Source: Polyangiaceae bacterium (GTDB taxonomy: Bacteria; Myxococcota_A; Polyangia; Polyangiales; Polyangiaceae). From it: DNA of 64,000 nucleotides. Positions 57,258 through 64,000 of the stretch are shown piece by piece. The notes under the pieces are model-generated. The model did not search any database. It was not told the origin of the DNA and worked only from the letters and a program-made list of their open reading frames with translations. Numbering within the stretch: position 1 is the first letter of the stretch; each line of letters starts with the position of its first letter. The DNA is taken from assembly GCA_044222475.1 (NCBI GenBank), contig JBGANF010000004.1, positions 64,001 to 128,000 of the forward strand, given 5' to 3'. A program made the position numbers and the translations under genes.

Positions 57258-58253
57258 GTGCTGACCTCGCTTCATCAGCTGACCGATCACGCGCTGATCG
57301 CTCTCCTGCGAAAGGGCAAGCTCTTCTCCGAGGGCTTCGGCGACCGACGCCGCCTCGCGCGCATCGTCGACGCGGTGGCCTCGTACCGACGCGAAAGCGC
57401 GCTCGACGTACCCTCGATCGCGTGGGGCGACGAGAAGGAGCGCTTCGGCGTTCGCCGTCTTCGCGGGACCTTCGCCGCCCCGCTCGCGGCGGAGCTCCCC
57501 GAGGAATCACGCACGGTCCACGTCGAGCTCCTGCTGCCTCGCGGCGCGAACGCGCCGCACGCGACGCCGATCGTGCTCTTGCTCGCCGCGACGAGCGAGG
57601 AGGGGTTCCGCCGCCGGCGACTCTTCTCGCTTCCGCTGCTCCAGCGGGGCATCGCGGTGCTCTCCGTCGAGAACCCGTACTACGGCCTGCGTCGACCCGC
57701 CGGCCAGATCGGTCCGTTCGTGCGCACGTTCTCCGATCAGTTCGCGATGAACTTCGCGACGGTGATCGAGGGTCGCACTCTGCTCGCGTGGTTGCACCGC
57801 GAAGGGTACGAGCGGGTGGTGGTGAGCGGCTTCAGCCAGGGCGGGATGATGGCTGCGTTCGCCGCCGTCACGTCGACGTTTCCGGTCGGCGTCGTTCCCT
57901 GCGCTGCGGGGCTCACCGCCCACGGGATCTTCCTCGACGCGGCGCTCAGCAACGCGTTCGCGTGGCCCCGGCTCGCCGCGGACGCAGGCAGCGAAGCCGA
58001 GGCGCGCGCGCTCATCGAGCGAGCGCTCGATCCGGTGTCCCTCGCGGTGCACCCGCCCCCGCTCCGCCCGGAGCTGGCGATCGTGCTCGGCGCAGCGCAT
58101 GACGGGTTCGTCCCAAAACGGGACGTCGAGGCACTCCACCGCCACTGGCCTGGCGCGGAGCTGCGATGGGTGTCGGCCGGGCACGTCACGACGGCCGCGC
58201 TCCACCACGGGGCCCACCGGCAAGCCATCCGCGACGCGTTGGCGAGGTTCTGA
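57258..58253 (+). CDS. ABHD18/DUF2048-family alpha/beta hydrolase
   Basis: LFSEGFG, LPEESR, ENPYYGLRRP, GFSQGG, DGFVP, WPGAELRW..AGH. Start approximate. Confidence 0.8.
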   Translation: MLTSLHQLTDHALIALLRKGKLFSEGFGDRRRLARIVDAVASYRRESALDVPSIAWGDEKERFGVRRLRGTFAAPLAAELPEESRTVHVELLLPRGANAPHATPIVLLLAATSEEGFRRRRLFSLPLLQRGIAVLSVENPYYGLRRPAGQIGPFVRTFSDQFAMNFATVIEGRTLLAWLHREGYERVVVSGFSQGGMMAAFAAVTSTFPVGVVPCAAGLTAHGIFLDAALSNAFAWPRLAADAGSEAEARALIERALDPVSLAVHPPPLRPELAIVLGAAHDGFVPKRDVEALHRHWPGAELRWVSAGHVTTAALHHGAHRQAIRDALARF

Positions 58254-58272
58254 CCGTAGGTCCAGCGACCCG

Positions 58273-59748
58273 TCAGCCCCCGCGCTCCTTCAGGCTCGCG
58301 CGGAGGAGCGCGAACAGCTCGCCGAGCCGAAGCGCGCGCGTACCGACGACCACCACGAAGTACGTGAGCGCGGTCGCGACGATGCGCCACGAGCCGAGTC
58401 CGTACCCGAAGTGGTCGACCACCAGGACCACGACCGCAGCGAGCACGCACTTCGCCAGGGTGCTCAGCGTGCGCCGGTCGAACGCGTCGCGACCGATGAC
58501 GTAGAGGAACGTCCCGGCGACGAGCGCCTCGACCGCGACCGAGATGGCCGCCGCGCCGATGCCGCCGCCGCCATCGCCGAAGCGCCGGAGAGACGGGCCC
58601 AACAAGGCCACGTTGAGCCCCGCGTTCAGAGCGAACGACACGAGGGTCACCACCGTCACGAACCACTCGCGATGCAGGAGGACGAGGGTCGTCGCGCCGA
58701 GCATGGCCACGTACACCACGACGAAGATCGGGGAGAGGACGCGCATCGCGGGGATCGCTTGATCGAAGCGGCTCCCGAGCGCGAGGTGCACGATGATGTC
58801 GGCGCCGCTGCCGATGAGCGTCGCGAGCCCGATCGCCACGATGAACGTCATCTCGAGCGCGCTTCGGAGCCCGATCATGAGCTCGTCACGGCTCTTGGCC
58901 GCCGCGCGGGCGAGCTGGGGCATCAACACCCAGGTCATGATGGGCGCGACCATCATCGCGATGAACGACAGGTTGGTCGCCGCGCCGTACCACCCGACCT
59001 CCCGCTCGGGGAGAGCCAACCCCATCACCGCGATGTCGATGCGGGAGTAGAGAACCTGCGCAACGCTGTTCACGTAGAACGGGAAGCTCTTCCGGAGCGC
59101 GGTCGCCGTGCGACCGACGTGGAGAGCGAGCTCCAGCCCGGCGGCGCGCCGCGCGATGACGACCAGCGCGACGAGCCGCACCGCCTCCGACGCGACCGAG
59201 GCGAGCGCGTACACGCGGAGCGGCGCGTGAAGCACCAGCCCGACGACGACGATCGAGCCCCAGAGGATCTTGGTCCCGATGTTGAGGGCCGAGAGACGCC
59301 CGACGCGGCGGACCGCATAGAGGAGCGTGGCGGTGGTGTTCGCCGCGATCATGCAGAGCTGCGCGACGCCAAAGAACACGGTCGTCCAGATCACCTCGCC
59401 GCGATGTCCGCCGGACCACGCGATGCCTGCGACGATGGCCAGCACGACGAGGCTCGCCAGGGCGCGAAGCGTCTGCACTCCGAGAAAGAAGTCGCCGGCG
59501 TGCTCCTGCCGCTTCGGGATCTCCTTCTGGATGTAGGAGTCGATGCCGAGGCCGATGAACGTCATGCCGTTCATCGCGAGCGCGTCGGCGAACGTGTACT
59601 CACCGAGGAGATCGGGGCCGAGGTGCCGCGGCAAGAGCAGGCGGACGATCAGCGCCAGGCTCCACGTGACGAGGAGCGACGCTCCTACGATCATCGCGTT
59701 CCGCGCGGCGATCAGTCCGTCGCGCCTTCTTGCCTCGGTGTCGCTCAT
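58273..59748 (-). CDS. wzx: Wzx-type polysaccharide flippase
   Basis: Many transmembrane helices; LPRHLGPDLLGEY, YSRIDIAVM, EVGWYGAA, NAGLN. Confidence 0.85.
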   Translation of the reverse strand: MSDTEARRRDGLIAARNAMIVGASLLVTWSLALIVRLLLPRHLGPDLLGEYTFADALAMNGMTFIGLGIDSYIQKEIPKRQEHAGDFFLGVQTLRALASLVVLAIVAGIAWSGGHRGEVIWTTVFFGVAQLCMIAANTTATLLYAVRRVGRLSALNIGTKILWGSIVVVGLVLHAPLRVYALASVASEAVRLVALVVIARRAAGLELALHVGRTATALRKSFPFYVNSVAQVLYSRIDIAVMGLALPEREVGWYGAATNLSFIAMMVAPIMTWVLMPQLARAAAKSRDELMIGLRSALEMTFIVAIGLATLIGSGADIIVHLALGSRFDQAIPAMRVLSPIFVVVYVAMLGATTLVLLHREWFVTVVTLVSFALNAGLNVALLGPSLRRFGDGGGGIGAAAISVAVEALVAGTFLYVIGRDAFDRRTLSTLAKCVLAAVVVLVVDHFGYGLGSWRIVATALTYFVVVVGTRALRLGELFALLRASLKERGG

Positions 59749-59816
59749 TGCCCCACTCGCCACGTCTTCGCGCAGTCCGGTGCGCGAAGCGACGCGACCG
59801 TGCTAGCTGCTCCTCC

Positions 59817-60704
59817 GTGCGGAAGAAGAGGATCGTCGCCCTTGCCGCGCTGGCTGGCCTCGTCGGGTTCGCGGTGGCCGAGGTCCACTGGACGCGACGT
59901 TGGTACGCGACGTGTCACCCGCGACGAGCGACGATCGCGCCGAAGGACCGCGAAGACCTCGCCGCCGCGACCGGCGCCGTCGAAGACGTCGCCTTCACTG
60001 CGAGCGACGGCGTCGTCCTCCATGGCTGGTTCGTACCACCGAAGAACGGTTGCGTCGTCGTCATGGGCCACGGCCTCGGTGAGACGCGCACGCGCTTTCT
60101 CTTCGACGCCAAGATGCTCGCGCGGCACGGATGCGGATCGCTCCTCTTCGACTGGCGAGCGCACGGTGAGAGCGGCGGAGACACGGCGACGTGGGGCGAC
60201 CGCGAACAGCTCGACTTCTCGGCCGCGGTCGGGTTCGCGGTGAACCGACCCGACGTGGACCCGACCCGCGTCGTCGGGTGTGGATTCTCGATCGGTGCGT
60301 CGGCGGTGGCCATCGAGGCTGCGTCCGACGCGAGGGTGCGCGGCGTCATCCTGCTCGCGCTCTGGTCGTCGCTCTCCGACGAAATCGACCACAAGACGGA
60401 CCACTTCGGCGCGCTGTCGCGGGTGCCGTCGCGGTGGGGGATTTCGCGCGCGGGCGTCGACTTCGATCGAGTGAGGCCCATCGACGTGATCGGCAAGATC
60501 TCCCCGCGACCGCTCTTGCTCGTCACTGGCGACGCAGACACGGACACTCCGCTCGCGATCGAGGAGCGCGTGTTCGCTGCGGCGGGCGAGCCGAAGGAGA
60601 TGTGGGTCGTCCACGGCGCCGAGCACGGTGACTACCAGACGACGGACCCGGTGGCGTTCGAGCAGCACGTCGTTCAGTTTCTCGAGCGAAACCACTTTCT
60701 CTAG
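59817..60704 (+). CDS. Membrane-anchored alpha/beta hydrolase
   Basis: DGVVLHGWFVP, HGLG, DWRAHGESGG, GFSIG, TGDAD, GAEHG. Confidence 0.85.
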   Translation: MRKKRIVALAALAGLVGFAVAEVHWTRRWYATCHPRRATIAPKDREDLAAATGAVEDVAFTASDGVVLHGWFVPPKNGCVVVMGHGLGETRTRFLFDAKMLARHGCGSLLFDWRAHGESGGDTATWGDREQLDFSAAVGFAVNRPDVDPTRVVGCGFSIGASAVAIEAASDARVRGVILLALWSSLSDEIDHKTDHFGALSRVPSRWGISRAGVDFDRVRPIDVIGKISPRPLLLVTGDADTDTPLAIEERVFAAAGEPKEMWVVHGAEHGDYQTTDPVAFEQHVVQFLERNHFL

Positions 60705-60712
60705 CTCCATCG

Positions 60713-62476
60713 TCAGGGGCTCCGCGAGCCTCGACCGACCGCCGCGACGAAGTCGGTGACGACGTCGAGCACGCGCTGCTGCGACCACACCGGGACGAAC
60801 GTGTGGTCCGTGCCTTCGAGCAAGACCTGCGCGAGCGTTCCGCGATCGAAGTAGCGGGTCAAACCGGCGAGATCGTTGTCGACGACCTTGATCATCGGTT
60901 CGCCGTCGTTGAAGACGAGGAGCACCTTCGTACCCCGACGCGCCAGCGTTCGAAACTTGCGAGCGAGCGGCGTGAGCGCGAGCACCTCGAGTCCGGCGCG
61001 CGACGCACCCGCGCGCACCCGCTTCACTGCACCGAAGACGCCCGGTGGGAGTGCGTTCGCCAAGGCCGCGGCGACGTTGATCTCCCCGCGGGCGAGCCGC
61101 TGCCACGTCCGCAGCTGGAACACGGCCTTCTTGTAGGAGGGCTTCGACTCCATCTCCGCCTTCCACTCGTGAGGGAGCTTGACCACCCATCCGTCGCGCC
61201 ACACGAACGTGAGCGGGTTCAATAGGACGAGGCCACGGACGCGCGCGTCCTTGCGCGCAGCGTGGAACGACGCGTACGCGCCCGAGCACAGTCCGGCCAA
61301 CACGAACTGCGAGTACCCGCGACGTGCGAGCGCCTCGATCGCGTCGCCGATGTCGGCGAAGGCCTCGCGTCGGTAGAGCTCGTTCTCGCGTCGGCCTGGC
61401 CGGGGCGCGCTCTCACCGATGCCCGAGACGTCGAGGCGAAGCGCGCTGACTCCCGCACCCGCGAAGCGCCGCGCGAGGGCGACGCCGAGTCGGTGCGTTC
61501 CGAACCGAGGGTTGGCCCCGGTGTTCGCGATGATCGCCGCGACCGCGCCCGGGCGAGCAGGCTCGGTCAGGAGACCGAACAGCGAGCGCGAGCCGCCGAT
61601 CTCGATCGCGAGCTCGCGTGTCCCGTCCGCATCCAGGTCGGTGCGGTCCGAGCCGACCGGTCGCGCCGCAGGCCCCGGTCGTCCGCCCGCCGAGAACCAC
61701 CCCGCGAACGCCTCGACGAGGTGCTCCGGTGCGGTCGCGCCGTACGGATCGTCGGTGCACGTCACCGCGTATCCGGGGATCTCGCGGAGCTCGACGTCGG
61801 CGCCTCGCGCCCGGAGCGCCTCGGCGATCTTCGCTTCGGCACCGGGGAGATCGTCGCGAGGAACCACGAGGACCCGGCGAGCGGACAGCGACTTCGTCTT
61901 CGCGGGGTCGAGCTCGCGGATGCGCGCTCCGGTCTCTTTGCGGATGACGAACCCGACGACCTCTTGGTCGCCTTCGCGCTGACCGGTGAACGCTCGCGGG
62001 GCGGTCGCATGGAGCTGCGCCATCACGGTGAGCTCGCGGAGCCACGCCCGGCCCGAGACCGGAGCGAGCAGCGCGAGCTCGTCGACGCCGCCTTCCTCCG
62101 CTGCGGCGACGGCGAGGGCCGCGCCGAGGCGCATCCCGAACAAGCCGACGTGCGACACGCCGCTCGACGCGCGAAGGTGCTCGATGGCCGCGCGGATCGA
62201 CGCGATCCATCGCGGGACCTCGTCGGGCTCGGCGCCGTAGCCGCCCTCCCCCGGCGAGTCGCCGGTGCCGTGGTAGTCGATGCGAAGCACCGCGATGCCG
62301 CGGGCCGCGAGCCGCTCGGCGAGCTTCTTGTGAAAGCGGTACGTGGACGAGAGATCGGGCCCGAACGGGGGACAGAGGACGACGCCGTTGGCGGTCGCCA
62401 TCGACGGCGGTGGAACGTGGAGGAGCCCGAACGCCCGGCACGAGTCAGGACCAAACCAAGTTGCGGAGGAGCTCAT
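60713..62476 (-). CDS. Tandem alpha/beta-hydrolase-fold protein (two domains like exosortase-system hydrolases 2 and 1)
   Basis: Domain 1 DYHGTGDS...GMRLG; domain 2 DVSGIGES...GLCSG...GTDHTF. Start at MSSSATWFG. Confidence 0.8.
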   Translation of the reverse strand: MSSSATWFGPDSCRAFGLLHVPPPSMATANGVVLCPPFGPDLSSTYRFHKKLAERLAARGIAVLRIDYHGTGDSPGEGGYGAEPDEVPRWIASIRAAIEHLRASSGVSHVGLFGMRLGAALAVAAAEEGGVDELALLAPVSGRAWLRELTVMAQLHATAPRAFTGQREGDQEVVGFVIRKETGARIRELDPAKTKSLSARRVLVVPRDDLPGAEAKIAEALRARGADVELREIPGYAVTCTDDPYGATAPEHLVEAFAGWFSAGGRPGPAARPVGSDRTDLDADGTRELAIEIGGSRSLFGLLTEPARPGAVAAIIANTGANPRFGTHRLGVALARRFAGAGVSALRLDVSGIGESAPRPGRRENELYRREAFADIGDAIEALARRGYSQFVLAGLCSGAYASFHAARKDARVRGLVLLNPLTFVWRDGWVVKLPHEWKAEMESKPSYKKAVFQLRTWQRLARGEINVAAALANALPPGVFGAVKRVRAGASRAGLEVLALTPLARKFRTLARRGTKVLLVFNDGEPMIKVVDNDLAGLTRYFDRGTLAQVLLEGTDHTFVPVWSQQRVLDVVTDFVAAVGRGSRSP

Positions 62477-62602
62477 GAGCTTGAGACGACCCGCACGGTA
62501 GCGCGAACGGTACCGAGCACGGCAACGGAAGCGAACGAAGACCGTCTCGCCGCGTCCGTTTTCGATCTTGGAGAGGGCGAAGCCGTGATAGCAACGCCTA
62601 GC

Positions 62603-63001
62603 GTGACCCTCGTCATCGGAACCGACTTGATCGCCATCGCCGAGGTCGAGGCCTCGGTGGCTCGCTTCGGCGACCGCTACCTCAGGCGAGTGTTCACCGA
62701 CCTCGAGCTGGACGAGACGCGCGGGCACCAACAGGGAGCCCGCCTGGCGGCGCGCTTCGCCGCCAAAGAGGCCATGCTCAAGGCCCTGCGAGTGGGCGAC
62801 GCAGCGATCCCATGGCGCTCCATCGAGGTGAGGCGCGCAGCCGACGGCGCCCCCGAGATCCAGCTCCACGGAGCAGCGGCCGAGCTCGCCGAGTCGCAGG
62901 GCATCGCCGACCTCGCACTCAGCATCACCCACGAGACCGCCTTCGCCGCCGCCGTGGTCGTCGGCACGAAACGGCCACCCACGACGTCACCCTCGACTTG
63001 A
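62603..63001 (+). CDS. acpS: Holo-[acyl-carrier-protein] synthase (AcpS-type PPTase)
   Basis: IGTDL...FGDRYLRRVFT...LAARFAAKEA..KAL...LSITH. Start approximate (62585 possible). Confidence 0.88.
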   Translation: MTLVIGTDLIAIAEVEASVARFGDRYLRRVFTDLELDETRGHQQGARLAARFAAKEAMLKALRVGDAAIPWRSIEVRRAADGAPEIQLHGAAAELAESQGIADLALSITHETAFAAAVVVGTKRPPTTSPST

Positions 63002-63014
63002 AGAGGTTTTTCTC

Positions 63015-63260
63015 ATGGAAGACGACATTCGCGCCATTCTCAAAGAGCACGCCAAGCTCGCCGTCGACACCGCGACGCTCACGGCCGACTCCGACTTGTA
63101 CCAGGCTGGGATGACCTCGCACGCGAGCGTCAACGTCATGCTCGCCCTCGAAGGCAAGTTCGACGTCGAGTTCCCCGACCGCATGTTGAAGCGCGGCGTC
63201 TTCGCGAGCATCGGCGCCATCCGGGGCGCCCTCGAAGAGCTCCGCGGCGGCGGGGGCTGA
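63015..63260 (+). CDS. Acyl/aminoacyl carrier protein
   Basis: DLYQAGMTSHASVNVMLALEGKFDVEFPD; the Ser in GMTS is the likely phosphopantetheine site. Confidence 0.9.
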   Translation: MEDDIRAILKEHAKLAVDTATLTADSDLYQAGMTSHASVNVMLALEGKFDVEFPDRMLKRGVFASIGAIRGALEELRGGGG

Positions 63261-63261
63261 G

Positions 63262-64000
63262 ATGCGCGAAAAGACTGCCCAGTCGGCGCTCGTCGCCACC
63301 GCCCGTCGCATCGGCTCGGAGGTCGTGGCGAAGCACGCCGACGCCAGCGATCGCGACGCGACCTTTCCCACCGAATCGCTCGCGGCGATGCGTCAAGCCA
63401 AGCTGATGAGCTGCTACGTGCCCGTCTCGCTCGGGGGCCCCGGCTGCTCGATGAGCGAGCTTGCCGCGGTGAGCGAGGTCCTCGCCGAGTACTGCATGTC
63501 CTCGGCGATGGTGTTCGCGATGCACCAGATCCAGGTGGCGATGCTCGTCCACCACGCGCTCGATGCGCCGTACATGACGCGCTACCTCCGCGAGGTCGTG
63601 GAGAAGCAGAACCTCATCGCATCGATGACGACCGAGGTGGGCGTAGGCGGCGAGATGCGGAAGAGCATCTGCGCGGTCGAGACTAACGGCAACGGGTTCT
63701 CGTTCGTCAAGGAGACGACCACGATGTCGTACGGCGCCCAAGCCGACGACTACCTCGCGAGCGCGCGCCGGAACCCCGACGCCGCGAGCAACGATCAGGT
63801 CATGATCCTCATTCACCGCCGCGACGCGACGTACGAGCAGAAGGGCTCGTGGGACACCCTCGGCCTCCGCGGGACGTGCAGCCCTCCCGCATCGCTGAAG
63901 GCGACCGGCTCCCTCGAGCAGCTGATGGCGGTGCCCTTCGCCGACAGCGCCGCGCTGACGATGGTCCCCGTGTCGCACATCCTATGGGCCTCGTGCTGGC
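63262..64000 (+). CDS. Acyl-CoA dehydrogenase family protein; 3' truncated by the window edge
   Basis: HADASDRDATFP...VPVSLGGPG...SSAMVFAMH...WDTLGLRGT; open to the end of the window. Not in the ORF track. Confidence 0.88.
   Translation, partial: MREKTAQSALVATARRIGSEVVAKHADASDRDATFPTESLAAMRQAKLMSCYVPVSLGGPGCSMSELAAVSEVLAEYCMSSAMVFAMHQIQVAMLVHHALDAPYMTRYLREVVEKQNLIASMTTEVGVGGEMRKSICAVETNGNGFSFVKETTTMSYGAQADDYLASARRNPDAASNDQVMILIHRRDATYEQKGSWDTLGLRGTCSPPASLKATGSLEQLMAVPFADSAALTMVPVSHILWASCW

Overview
A very GC-rich (about 70% by eye) bacterial chromosomal window. Gene content points to Myxococcota, probably a Polyangia-type myxobacterium (inference). It holds about 62 protein-coding genes; I saw no rRNA, tRNA, CRISPR array or recognisable mobile element. 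Main blocks: Hsp20/response-regulator genes; benzoyl-CoA epoxidase boxBA with no boxC; a eukaryote-like MFE-2 (three SCP2 domains) plus SCPx-thiolase operon; a Wzx/Wzy-type exopolysaccharide (EPS) pathway split over three places, whose priming transferase carries an N-terminal MshEN-like (c-di-GMP-binding) module; a REC-GGDEF cyclase; ftsH; a pcm-esterase fusion; two universal stress proteins (USPs); a globin-coupled histidine kinase with a sigma54 activator; three fatty-acid desaturases; moaA; a kinase-STAND protein; and the start of a carrier-protein cluster (AcpS, ACP, acyl-CoA dehydrogenase, tandem hydrolase) beside the flippase. The strongest non-coding signal is eight sigma54-type -24/-12 promoters, each 13-16 nt before an in-frame start codon (leaderless geometry). 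Seven of them lie next to YGCA-N5-TGCR palindromes paired with a second full or half site 19-20 bp away. This suggests an oxygen-sensing regulon linking aromatic catabolism, c-di-GMP/EPS control and protein quality control. Product calls come from recognising motifs by eye; no database searches were run.
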